Of a stretch of DNA of 64,000 bases, positions 52,238-64,000 are shown one piece after another. The translations under genes and the position numbers were made by a program. Positions within the stretch are counted from its first letter, which is position 1. The number at the start of each line of letters is the position of its first letter. The stretch comes from Octopus vulgaris (Eukaryota), in the NCBI GenBank assembly GCA_951406725.2, contig OX597825.1, positions 24,490,001-24,554,000 on the forward strand, in the 5' to 3' direction. Under the pieces are notes generated by a model. The model had not been told where the DNA came from. It saw only the letters and a list, made by a program, of their open reading frames with translations, and did not search any database.

Positions 52238-52684
52238 AACTGATAGTTTTTACTGATTTCAAATCATAGATATCCATTCTTCCAGAAGTCAAGAGAGCAA
52301 GTACCAGTCAAGTACTGGGGTCAACATAACCGACCTCAATAAAATATATGGCAGTGTGCCAGCTCTTCAACTGGTTATTATTGTTTTTTGTTGTAGTTTT
52401 ATTTTTCTAATTGATCTTATTATTGATCGCGTAATGATCAAACTTTCCGTCTCAAGTATGTTCACAAGTGACCTGACACTCAGACCTTTCTTATGTTATT
52501 TTTCTCTCTTTCAATTCTGATTTTTTTATAGGCATTGCATTCTCACATAATTATATATATATGTATATATATATATATAATATATTTTATATCAGATATA
52601 TATGTCTGAGTAGGTATATAAAGACATTGTGTGTATGTGAATATATAAGTATGTGTGTGCATGTATTTTTATATATATATATAT

Positions 52685-52896
52685 TCTTTACTCCCTTACT
52701 CTTTTACTTGTTTCAGTCATTTGACTGCGGCCATGCTGGAGCACCGCCTTTAGTCGACCAAATCGAACCTGGGACTTATTCTTTGTAAGCCCAGAACTTA
52801 TTCTATTGGTCTCTTTTGCCGAACCGCTAAGTGACGGGGACGTAAACACACCAGCATCAGTTGTCAAGCAATGCTAGGGGGACAAACACAGACACA

Positions 52897-52946
<50 letters not shown>

Positions 52947-53115
52947 CATATACAACAGGCTTCTTTCAGTTTCCGTCCACCAAATCCACTCACAAGGCAT
53001 TGGTCGGCCCGGGGCTATAGCAGAAGACACTTGCCCGAGATGCCACGCAGTGGGACTGAACCCGGAACCATGTGGTTGGTTAGCAAGCTACTTACCACAC
53101 AGCCACTCCTGCACC
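52685..53115 (-). mobile_element. SINE family A, full length, abutting an RTE 3'UTR fragment (53116-53390, minus)
   Basis: Reverse complement of the family consensus. Confidence 0.95.
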
Positions 53116-54033
53116 TCATCATCATCATCATCATCATCGTTTAACGTCCGCTTTCCATGCTAGCATGGGTAAGACGGTCCAACTGGGGTCTGGGAAGCCC
53201 GAAGGCTGCACCAGGCCAGTCAGATCTGGCAGTGTTTCTACAGCTGGATGCCCTTCCTAACGCCAACCACTCCAAGAGTGTAGTGGGTGATTTTATGTGC
53301 CACCGACACAGGTGCCAGACGAGGCTGGCGAACGGCCATGCTCGGATGGTGCTTTTTACGTGCCACAGGCACGGAGGCCAGTCAATGCGGATGGTTATCC
53401 GGCCCAAATATTCTATTTGTTTTATGTTCAAACTGACCACTGACCAGACCTGACCTCTCACACCTACCCCACAATGTCATTCTAAAAATATACCATCACA
53501 TCATTGAAATCTTCAAGCTATAAGCTCATACATTGTTAATTCAAAACAATGTGAATAAATAAGCATTACATCTGAACGTTAAGGGGCCAAGGGATCATTT
53601 AGAGGTATTAAAAAGAACTGTGCTGGCCAAATATATATATATATATATATAATCAAAAAATACAGTGTACATTTAAACACATAAGGAATCCATTCATGGG
53701 ATTCAACAAGCTAGAAAGAACAGCTAAGTTCTATAACCTTTTGACTAATACATAGTCTTTTGGACTAAATTTTTACATACTAGGCCACTGGAAGTGAAAA
53801 TTTCTATTAATTTCCATTTCCCTTTGATATGATTAAATATGAAGCTGGCGAGGAGATTTTTTCACAGAACCAAAGTTGTGAAGGACTCTACACCTTTTGT
53901 CACTCTTTACTCCAACAATCCCAGCCATATTAAATACCTTATCACTACTGAGTAATGGGTTTTTAGCGACAATGCATTTATTATTATTATTATTATCATT
54001 ATTATTATTATTATTATTGTTATTATTATTATT

Positions 54034-54380
54034 GGAGCACCGCCTTTAGTCGAGCAAATCGACCCCGGGACTTATTCTTTGTAAGCCCAGTACTTATTCT
54101 ATCGGTCTCTTTTGCCGAACCGCTGAGTGACGGGGACGTAAACACACCAGCATCAGTTATCAAGCAATGCTAGTGGGACAAACACAGACACACAAACATA
54201 TACACAAACACTTATATATATATATATATATACATATATACGACAGGCTTCTTTCAGTTTCCGTCTACCAAATCCACTCATAGGGCATTGGTCGGCCCGG
54301 GGCTATAGCAGAAAACAGTTGCCCAAGATGTCACGCAGTGGGACTGAACCTGGAACCATGTGGTTGGTTAGCAAGCTACT
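54034..54380 (-). mobile_element. SINE family A truncated at both ends, within (TAA)n
   Basis: Starts ggagcaccgcc and ends gcaagctact; (TTA)n on both sides. Confidence 0.9.
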
Positions 54381-54404
54381 TATTATTATTATTATTATTA
54401 TTAT

Positions 54405-55138
54405 GTTTGACTTTTGCTTTGCATTTGTACAAGTTGGCTCCAAGTCTCACCCAGAAACCTCAAGGGACAAGTTAGAAGCTTGTTATGCCTAGGGTGTCAT
54501 ATATTTGGTTTTACACATAGTATTGTTCTAGAGAATGTTTAAGAATACATAAGACAATTATGAGTTTGTTTTAAAATTTGAGATGACATAGACAGTATTT
54601 TACGTAGGACATGGGTAGTTCCCACGAACACTATCTTTTGAATTTCTACCATTTTGGGGTTTCCTGGTATTTCAGCTAGGTAGGAATTAATCCCTTTTGC
54701 TATCATTCCTAGAGTATCTATGACAACAGGTATTGATTTAGTCTCGAGGTCCCACATTTTGCCAATTTCTATTTCAAGATCTTTACACTTGCTCAGTTTT
54801 TGGTAGGTCTTGACAGATTCGTTTATATCAAATTGGACAGTCATATCAATGAGGAGGCATGATTTTTGTCTGAAGTCTTTCAATATGATGTCTGGCCTAT
54901 TTACATCTATCTTTCTGTCAGTTTGAATGGTGAAGTTCCAGAGGAGTGAGATGTGATCATTTTCAAGCACTGGAGGTGGTTTGTGGTCCCACCAGTTTTT
55001 ATCATGGGGCAGGTCCAGGTTTTTGCAAATTATCCAGTGAATATATTGTGCAGCTCTATCATGCTTGTTGAGATACTCTGTAGGCACAAGAAGACTGCAC
55101 ATGTAGACAACATGATCAATGGTTTCCTTTTGTTGTTG

Positions 55139-55140
<2 letters not shown>
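54405..55140 (-). mobile_element. 5'-truncated R4/Dong-type non-LTR retrotransposon (RLE domain plus 3'UTR)
   Basis: ETIDHVVYMC...KHDRAAQYIHW...LLWNFTIQTDRKIDVNRPDIILKD...LLIDMT...KLSKCKDL...IPVVIDTLG: end of the CCHC knuckle, RHD and PD..D-K restriction-like endonuclease motifs; (TAA)n on both flanks. Confidence 0.9.
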
Positions 55141-55174
<34 letters not shown>

Positions 55175-55841
55175 AATTCCCTTGTGGTCCCTTTGCTTCT
55201 CATCCTTTTGTGGTCCATAAAATAAATAACTGTTGAGTACAAGGATCAATGTAAATAACTTCCCCACCCCTCAAATTTGTTGACCTTATGCTAAAATTCA
55301 AAAAAAGGATTATTATTATTATTATCATTATTGTTATTGTTGTTGTTGTTGTTAGGACAGCAAACTGGTGGAATCATTAGCACACCAGACAAAATGCTTA
55401 GTGGCATTTCGTAAGTCTTTACATTCTAAGTTCAAATTCTAGCAAGGTCAACTTCGCTTTCCATCCCTTTCGGGGATCAATAAAATAGGTAATACTAGAG
55501 CCACTGGGGTCGATGTAATCAGCTTACGCCCTTCCCATTAAATTACAGGTCTTGTGCCAAAATGTGAAACCATTATTGTTGCTGTTGCTCATGTTGCGGT
55601 TGTGGTTATGGTTGTTGCTGGTATCAGTAGTAGATTCAGCCTTAACAGCTATACACAGCTTCTCCCACTCACATATTTGAAGCCTTAGGCCCCTGTACGA
55701 CATCAGATCACTCCATATTATCCTCTCACAGCAAAAAAAAATCCTTTCCTGACATTTTCTGTTGCTTTATCAAAAGCAGAATGGCAGAAAATGTTGTCTT
55801 TTATGACATTCCTGGATTATAATTAAGACTGAGAATATTAT

Positions 55842-56053
55842 TTTCTACTCTAGGCACAAGGCTCAAAATTTTTGGGGAAGGGGCCAGTCGATTACATAGA
55901 CCTCAGTATGCAACTGGTACTTAATTTATCGACCCCAGAAGGATGAAAGGCAAAGTCAATCTCAGTGGAATTTGAACTTAGAATGTAAAGACAGACGAAA
56001 TACTGCTGAGTATTTCACCTGGTGTGCTTACGTTTCTGCCAGCTCAATGCCTA
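55842..56053 (-). mobile_element. SINE family B with 17-bp TSD
   Basis: TSD aagactgagaatattat at 55825-55841 and 56054-56070. Confidence 0.9.
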
Positions 56054-56784
56054 AAGACTGAGAATATTATATACAAAATGTATCAAACACTTTTTTGAAG
56101 AACTGTATTAGCTGACTGAATAATTTTGTGTAGATTCTATAGCCAAAGAATCATGACTTCATTCTGTGTGTGAAACTGGGTATCATGATTATCTCTCTCT
56201 AAATCTAAATATTTGACATAACTGTGTAAAAATTGTTAACCACAATAGTTTTATTGACTTAATACGACTCCCTGGGGTTGTTGTGTCTGTGATTGAAACT
56301 TATTGGATTACAGAAAATGGATAAATAACACATAGATGATTAGAAATTTGAGGAGAAAAAAACGCAGGAAACAAATTTGTTTGTGTCATTGTAACATAGA
56401 ATTAAGAAGTGCAAAGATGTAAACTAGAAATTCTTGAAATTTTCTTAAAGAATTGCAAGTCTAAAATAGTATCTAAATGTCTGCTGGACAGAGATTTTCA
56501 GTTTGAAATAGAAATATCAGGAACTTTTATATTAAAGAAGCTATTGGAATCAAATTATTCAAGCCATAATTACATAGCCATGGAAAAATGTCTGAAGTGA
56601 TTAAAATGTCATTAAGTGATTTGAATGTCACACACAGTCCATTTCCTCTTGAGGTTTATTGTGAATGTCAGCATGTGCCAGAGCTTTGTGACCAATGAAT
56701 TTATTGTTCACAAATTTGTGTAATAACCAGAAATACAAATATATAAAGATACATAGATATGAGTGCACATTATATATATATATA

Positions 56785-57013
56785 TATTTCTTTATTGCCC
56801 ACAAGGGGCTAAACATAGAGGGGAGAAACAAAGACAGACAAAGGGATTAATTCGATTATATCGACCCCAGTGCGTAACTGGTACTTTATTTATCGACCCC
56901 GAAAGGATGAAAGGCAAAGTCGACCTCGGCGGAATTTGAACTCAGAACATAACAGCAGGCGAAATACGGCTACACATTTCGCCCGGCGTGCTAACGATTC
57001 TGCCAGCTCGCCA
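56785..57013 (-). mobile_element. SINE family B, well preserved, in (TA)n
   Basis: Full-length reverse complement with CpGs retained. Confidence 0.92.
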
Positions 57014-57102
57014 CATTATATATATATATATATATACAGTGGAAACAGCTGCAAGCTAATGAAGTATGCTAATTTGTTTCTTTGTCATTTTTTTTCTTAT
57101 AT

Positions 57103-58517
57103 ATCATCATCATCATCATCATTGTTTAAAGTCCGCTTTCCATGCTAGCATGGGTTGGACATTTCGACCGGGGATCTGGGAAGCCAGAAGGCTGCACAGG
57201 CTCCAGTCTCATCTGGCTGTGCTTCTACAGCTGGATGCCCTTCCTAATGCCAACCACTCCGTGAGTGTAGTGGGTGCTTTTTACGTGCGACCTGCACAGG
57301 TGCCAGGCGAGGCTGGCAACGGCCACAATCGGATTGGTGCATTTTACGTGCCACCGGCACGGAAGCCAGTCAAGGCCACGATTTGGATAGCGCTTTTTAC
57401 ATGCCACTGGCACGGAAGCCATTCTAGGCGGAGCTGGCATTGGCCACGTATATATATATATATATATATATATGTACGCATGATGGCCTTCTTTTAGTTT
57501 TTGTCTACCGGATCCACTCACAAGGCTTTGGTCGGTCTGAGGCTATAGCAGAATACACTTGCCCAAGGTGCCATGCAGCAAGAATGAACCCAGAACCATG
57601 TGGTTGGTAAACAAGGTACATACCACGCAGCCACTCCTTTATTCTTTTACTTGTTTCAGTCATTTTGACTGCGGCCATGCTGGAGCACCACCTTTTAGTC
57701 GAAGAATTCCACCCCTAGACTTATTCTTTGTTAGCCTGGTACTTATTCTATCAGTTACTTTTACTGAACTGCTAAGTTACAGGGGATGTAAACACACCAG
57801 CATCAGTTTTGAAGCAATGATGGAGGGACAAACACAGATACAAACACACAAATATATATATATATATATCTATACAACAGGCTTCTTTCAGTTTCCATCT
57901 ACCAAATCCACTCACAAGGCTTTGGTCAGCCTGAGGCTATAGTAGAAGACACCTTGCTCAAGGTACCACAGTGTAGAACTGAACCCAGAACCATGTGGTT
58001 GGCAAGCAAGATTCTTACCACACAACCAGTAGGGATACTTTAGCATATGTCATATATATCTCCACAGATATATACATACCTTTTTAATCATGCTTTGCTG
58101 TATACTCTTTTACTCTTTTACTTGTTTCAGTCATTTGACTGCGGCCATGCTGGAGCACCGCCTTTAATCGAGCAACTCGACCCCGGGACTTATACTTTTG
58201 TAAGCCCAGTACTTATTCTATCGGTCTGTTTTGCCAAACCGCTAAGTAACAGGGACATAAACACACCAGCATCGGTTGTCAAGCAATGCTAGGGGGACAA
58301 ACACAGACACACAAACACACACACGCATATATATATATATATATATATATATACGACAGGCTTCTTTCAGTTTCCGTCAACCAAATCTACTCACAAGGCT
58401 TTGGTCGGCCCGAGGCTATAGTAGAAGACACTTGCCCAAGGTGCCACGCAGTGGGACTGAACCCGGAACCATCTGGTTGGTTAGCAAGCTACTTACCACA
58501 CAGCCACTCCTGCGCCT
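57103..58517 (-). mobile_element. Cluster: RTE 3'UTR fragment (57103-57450) plus three co-oriented family A SINEs (57480-57636, 57637-58028, 58105-58517)
   Basis: Homology to the in-window family consensi. Confidence 0.9.
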
Positions 58518-58744
58518 ATTGTGTTTCATTCCCTATACTAATTATCATAAAGTGTTCGATAATGTAAGAATGGAGTTATGTTAATGCGTACTTAGTGTTA
58601 TATTTAAACAGACTGTAGAGCGATGGAATCGAGATTCTTAGATACCTTTAATTAATCACCTATTATTATTGCAGACGCTTGGTTCTGAAGTTTTATCTAC
58701 TTGCCACATTCTCCATAGGTGAGAACATAGAATTAATAATTATG

Positions 58745-59106
58745 CATCATCATTCTCATCATCATCATCATCATCATCATTATCATCATCAACCTGATCA
58801 TGATAATCATCAACACCATCATCATCATCATTAACATCACCATCATTGTCGTCGTCATCATCATCATCATCCACCACCACCACCATCATCACTATCATCA
58901 ACATCATCGGCAACATCAACATCATTGGCAACATCATCATCATCATCAACTTGATCATGGATGATCATCAACACCATTATCATCATCAACATCACCATCA
59001 TCGTCGTCATCATCATCATCATCCACCACCACCATCATCACTATCATCAACATCATCATCAACATCAACATCATTGGCAACATCATCATCATCATCATCA
59101 TCATCC

Positions 59107-59138
<32 letters not shown>
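58745..59138. repeat. (CAT/CAC/CAA)n tract with an internal duplication
   Basis: aacatcaacatcattggcaacatcatc occurs twice. Confidence 0.9.
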
Positions 59139-59139
<1 letters not shown>

Positions 59140-59519
59140 TTGCTATGGATTCAGTGCCACATGTCTGCAAAGTGAGCTTGTTGATCACACAGCCTTGCCT
59201 GCACCTATCAGGGCCTGTCTCTATAACTAGTCATTATACTTAGAGCTGCAGGTATCTATTAACTACGTCTAAAACTATTTATAATGTTTAGAGCTTTAAG
59301 CACACATTAATGTGTGCATCTGTATGTTTGTGGCTGTGTGGTAAGAAGTTTGCTTCCCACCCAAGTGGTTCAGGTTTCAATCTCATGGCATGGAAATCTT
59401 GGGCACATGTCTTCTACTGTGGCCTCAGTTTAACCAAAGCCTTGTAAGTGGATTTGGTAAGCAGAAACTAAAAGAAGATCATTGTATATATGAGTATGTG
59501 TGTGTGTGTATATATATAT

Positions 59520-60056
59520 AATCAAAATAGGCAACAAGGATATCTAGAGGTAATGCAGTACGATCGTTTCATGCAACTCCATTTAATTGAACAATGCAAA
59601 TATTACATCAATTTAAAATGTAGAGCAATCTTCAGTTGCATAAAAATATAGAATTTAGTTTAAATTCGAAGGATTTGTATTTATAGTTTTCTTTTTATCC
59701 AAAACCACCAAGAGGATAAGTAGATAGACAAAGAACATGTTTTACCAACAATATCACAGTTGTAACTGAGATTTTTTCAAAAGAAGACGCTGCTTACCAC
59801 TTATTATTTATGTTATTTAGATTTACTAGTGGCGGTGGGGGTGGAGGGTAGTTTTAATTTATAGACTAGTTTATCTTCTTGTCTGAAGTATATTCTTACT
59901 GAATCAAATGGTTTTACTTCAAAGAAATCTTGGTTATGACCCTGCCACTTAAAATTGTCTATCTGTTTTACACTATCCATAAAGGATATGTTCTAGTTTC
60001 TCTTAGATTTGATAAACTAGTCTATAAATTAAAACTAACCACGCCCCCACTAGTAA

Positions 60057-60058
<2 letters not shown>
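59520..60058 (-). mobile_element. (TA)n-inserted Penelope pLTR-like element with a hammerhead and an internal inverted repeat
   Basis: Homolog of 7335-7912; 59821-59876 inverted relative to 60011-60058. Confidence 0.65.
59554..59640 (-). ncRNA. Type I hammerhead ribozyme-like motif
   Basis: Minus strand: tgcaa-CTGAAGA-ttgc...gcat-GAAAC-GATC-GTA-ctgca; intact core, GUA triplet, palindromic helix III ACGATCGT, one mismatch in helix I. Confidence 0.65.
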
Positions 60059-60095
<37 letters not shown>

Positions 60096-60126
60096 ACAGA
60101 TAGATAGATATATACATACATAAATA

Positions 60127-60168
<42 letters not shown>

Positions 60169-60172
<4 letters not shown>

Positions 60173-60556
60173 GAGTGGCTGTGTGGTAAGTAGCTTGTTT
60201 ACCAACTACATAGTTCCAGGTTCAGTCCCACGGCATGGCACCTTGGACAAGTGTCTTCTACTGTAGCCCCAGGCCAACCAAAGCCTTGTGAGTGGATTTG
60301 GTAGACGGAAACTGAAGCAAGACCATCGTATATATATATATATATGTATATGTTTGTGTGTTTGTGTTTGTCCCCCCCCAACATCATTTGACAACCGATG
60401 CTAGTGTGTTTACATCCCTGTAGCTTAGCGGTTCAGCAAAAGAGACCGATAGAATAAGTTCTAGGCTTACGAAGGAATAAGTCCTGGAGTCGATTTGCTT
60501 GACTAAAGGCGGTGCTCCAGCACAGCCACAGTCAAATGACTGAAACAAATAAAAGA
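60169..60556 (+). mobile_element. SINE family A
   Basis: Colinear with the family consensus. Confidence 0.92.
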
Positions 60557-60714
60557 ACATATATATATATATGTGTGTATATATATATAATATTTTATAT
60601 TTATGATTATAATAGGGCACATGCGATGCCAGCTTTGTTGTAAAAATGTGAGTCAAAAAATCCTCTAAGAAAACCACCAATCACTGGAAAGATAACAAGT
60701 ACAACAGAAACCGA

Positions 60715-61411
60715 ACTGGGATATCATTGAGAACCTCCTGAATCCATATCTTCAAGTCCTCCAGTGTGCAGGGTTTTGTCTTGTATACCTCCCATTTCAT
60801 GTAACTCTACAGGCAAAAATCACATGGTGTGAGATTTGGATTTCTTGAGGGCCATTCATGAGGTCCACATTGTCCCATCAGCATCTAGCTCCTGCACATA
60901 ACAGGTTTTCCGTGGATGAAAATTCAGATCTCTATGCAACACCGTACATATTGTGTGCTTGTTAGTCCCTTTTCATGAGATGCTTGACGTGTTGACTTTT
61001 GCAGGCTGCGATTAAACATTTCCTGCACTGTTGCCACATTGTCCACTGCTAAGGATGCGGTTGGATGGCCACTTCTTGCATCGTTCACAGAACCCATGGT
61101 CATCAGCTTTGCATGGCAACATTTTATTGTCTCCGGACGTAGTGTTCCATGCTTACATTTCCATGCTCGCCACCATCTTTGAACCAAAACGATGGAATGC
61201 TACGCTTCATAGCGTGCTGCTATCTTAGCTCGCTCCTGAACAGTGAAGCGATCAACCATCTGGAAAATAAGAAATAAGAAATAAGACAATAAGAAAATAA
61301 GAAATCCCCATTAGTGTTGTCTGTTTGAAAAATGTTCTCGTCATGACTTCGGTGATACTAAAAGTTCTTTAAGCAATTTCTAATGCCCATTTACTTTCCA
61401 CCCACCCTGTA
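60715..61411 (-). mobile_element. Internally deleted Tc1/mariner element (DUF4817-type N-terminus)
   Basis: Terminus TA|CAGGGTGGG at 61411-61401; KLMTMGSVNDARSGHP...VQEMFNRSLQKSTRQAS and WPSRNPNLTPCDFCL*SYMKWEVYKTKPCTLEDLK motifs. Confidence 0.8.
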
Positions 61412-61433
61412 TATATGCATATACATACATACA

Positions 61434-61480
<47 letters not shown>

Positions 61481-61493
61481 GTATATGTATATA

Positions 61494-61528
<35 letters not shown>

Positions 61529-61537
61529 ATATATATG

Positions 61538-61568
<31 letters not shown>

Positions 61569-61639
61569 GTATATATACATATATACATATACATTTACAT
61601 ATATATATATATATATATACATACAAACATATATATATG

Positions 61640-61675
<36 letters not shown>

Positions 61676-62247
61676 TACATAGATATATATATACACACAC
61701 ATATATATATATATACATACATATGCATATATATATATACCTTTATATATATAGGCATACACATTACACACACACATATATATATATACAATACATATTC
61801 ATATACACATACAAACACGCATAGTAATAGTACACAAAATATTGAACGCTTATGTTATATCCATTAACCACACTTGTCTATACCCATCTATTATATTTAT
61901 GGCTATACTTATCTACTTCGGCATAAGCATCCAGCATGGCTAAGAAGCTACTTTATTATTTATTACTTTTGTTTGTTTGTTTATTCGGCGGGGGGGGGGG
62001 TAGTGGTGGTGGTCTTTTTTTTTTGTTTTTTTTTTGCCCTAAAAGAAAGTGAAATTGTTATTGCTAAAGTTTTGCTTCACTTGATGCCATGTTCAACGAC
62101 ATGACCAATACCAAGGAATGGAAGCACCAATTAGACAGACAGAATACTAATGTGCATTCACCTCCAATGCACTTTTCATGCTTTGTACGCTTCAGTAAAT
62201 AAACTTTATTACGTTGAAATATGTCTTGTTTTAGACAATCACTTCAT

Positions 62248-62252
<5 letters not shown>

Positions 62253-62312
<60 letters not shown>

Positions 62313-62910
62313 GTCTCTCTCTCCCTCTTTTTTCTCTCTCGCCCTCTTTTTTCTCTCGCTCCCTCTTTTTTCTTCTCTCTCTTTCTTTCTCTCCTCTTTC
62401 TCTCTTTCTTCTCTCTCACGTTTTCTCTGTCTGCCTTCATCTCTTTCTATCTCTCTCCTCTCTTTCTCTTTGTCTTTCTCTCTGTCTCTCTCCATCACTC
62501 TTTCTCTGTTTCTCTGTCTCTCTCCTCTCTTCTCTGTCTCTCTCCATCTCTCTCCTCTCTTCTTTCTCCCTCTCCATCTCTCTCCTCTCTTCTTTGTCTC
62601 TCTCCATCTCTCTCCTCTCTTCTTTTTCGCTCTCCATCTCTCTCTCCTCTCTTCTTTGTCTCTCTCCATCTCTCTCCTCTCTTCTTTTTCGCTCTCCATC
62701 TCTCTCCTCTCTTCTTTGTCCCTCTCCATCTCTCTCCTCTCTTCTTTGTCTCTCTCCATCTCTCTCCTCTCTTCTTTGTCTCTTTCCATTTCTTTCTTTC
62801 TCTCTATCTCTCTCTTTTTCTTTCTCTGTGTATCACTCCCTCTCTCTCTCTACCTCTTAATCTCTCTCCTTCTCTCTACCTCTTAATCTCTCTCCCTCTC
62901 TTTATCTCTT
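62253..62910. repeat. Polypyrimidine tract including a 30-bp minisatellite (~62500-62790)
   Basis: (CT)n, then about 9 units of tctccatctctctcctctcttctttgtctc. Confidence 0.95.
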
Positions 62911-63139
62911 AATCTTGGCTGTATATTTTTTTCCAATTTTACGTACAAATGAAGCCAACTTTGTTTTAGATATTTGCCCAAAAGTGCATGACAAGTAAAA
63001 AACATAAGAAATGGTGGGTGGTTGAGGGGGTGGGGTTGGAACAAATACTCTAACGCGTACTTCACTTTTCCCATTCTTACTGCATCAAATACTATTTCCA
63101 CCTCTAACTCTTACTACCACCACATCTACTACAACCACT

Positions 63140-63830
63140 GCCCTCAATACCAGCTCCACCACCAGCACCACCACGTCTCCTACAACAACCACCACCCTCA
63201 ATACCAGCTCCATCTCCAACCACCACCACATCTCCTGCCACTAGCACCACCATCAGCACCACCAACACCAGCACTACATCTCCTACCACAACCACCACCC
63301 TCAATACCAGCTCCATCTCCAACCACCACCACATCTCCTGCCACTAGCACCACCATCAGCACCACCAACACCAGCACTACATCTCCTACCACAACCACCA
63401 CCCTCAATACCAGCTCCATCTCCAACCACCACCACATCTCCTGCCACTAGCACCACCATCAGCACCACCAACACCAGCACTACATCTCCTACCAACAACC
63501 ACCACCCTCAATACCAGCTCCATCTCCAACCACCACCACATCTCCTGCCACTAGCACCACCATCAGCACCACCAACACCAGCACTACATCTCCTACCACA
63601 ACCACCACCCTCAATACCAGCTCCATCTCCAACCACCACCACATCTCCTGCCACTAGCACCACCATCAGCACCACCAACACCAGCACTACATCTCCTACC
63701 ACAACCACTGCCCTCAATACCAGCTCCACAACCAGCTCCACCATATCTCCTATAACAACCACTGCCCTCAATACCAGCTCCATCTCCAACCACCACCACA
63801 TCTCCTGCCACTACCACCACCACCATCACC
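63140..63830. repeat. 103-bp tandem repeat (~5 near-identical units plus degenerate flanks), followed by (CAC)n to the window end
   Basis: ccctcaataccagctccatctccaaccacc recurs about every 103 bp from ~63195. Confidence 0.95.
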
Positions 63831-64000
63831 ACTACCACATTTCCTACCACTACCATTGTCCTCAATACCAGCACTACCAACACCATCACCACCACGTCTC
63901 CTAACACTACCACCACCACCACCACCACCACCACCACCACCACCACCACCACCACCACCACCACCACTACCACCACCACCACCACATTTCCTACCACATC

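Noticed and set aside
55751-55798. Imperfect hairpin as a pre-miRNA
   Set aside because: Stem short with a large asymmetric bulge; no known mature sequence recognised
63022-63997. Mucin-like Thr/Ser/Pro ORFs
   Set aside because: The 103-bp unit is not a multiple of 3, so the frame shifts every unit and stops occur

Overview
AT-rich eukaryotic DNA packed with microsatellites and short retroelements. The repeat families look like those of Octopus/coleoid cephalopods; this is an inference from repeat content, not a search result. No host protein-coding gene, rRNA, true tRNA or CRISPR array can be supported, and almost all ORF-track entries are microsatellite or SINE artefacts, so the window is probably intergenic or a large intron. 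It contains about 20 copies of a tRNA-headed SINE with a (TA)n middle, about 12 copies of a second SINE, and two further SINE families. There are also many 5'-truncated RTE 3'UTRs with (GAT)n tails; LINE relics (RTE, CR1/L2-like, and an R4/Dong-type RLE element inside (TAA)n); Tc1/mariner relics (one DD37D); a Penelope GIY-YIG relic; non-autonomous Helitrons; and local tandem and inverted duplications. The most notable signal is a set of different short non-coding inserts, each sitting in a (TA)n tract, that carry type I hammerhead-ribozyme folds with a palindromic or very short helix III (7789-7875, 9658-9699, 17847-17899, 59554-59640, partial at 23033-23146). These are Penelope pLTR- or retrozyme-like elements.
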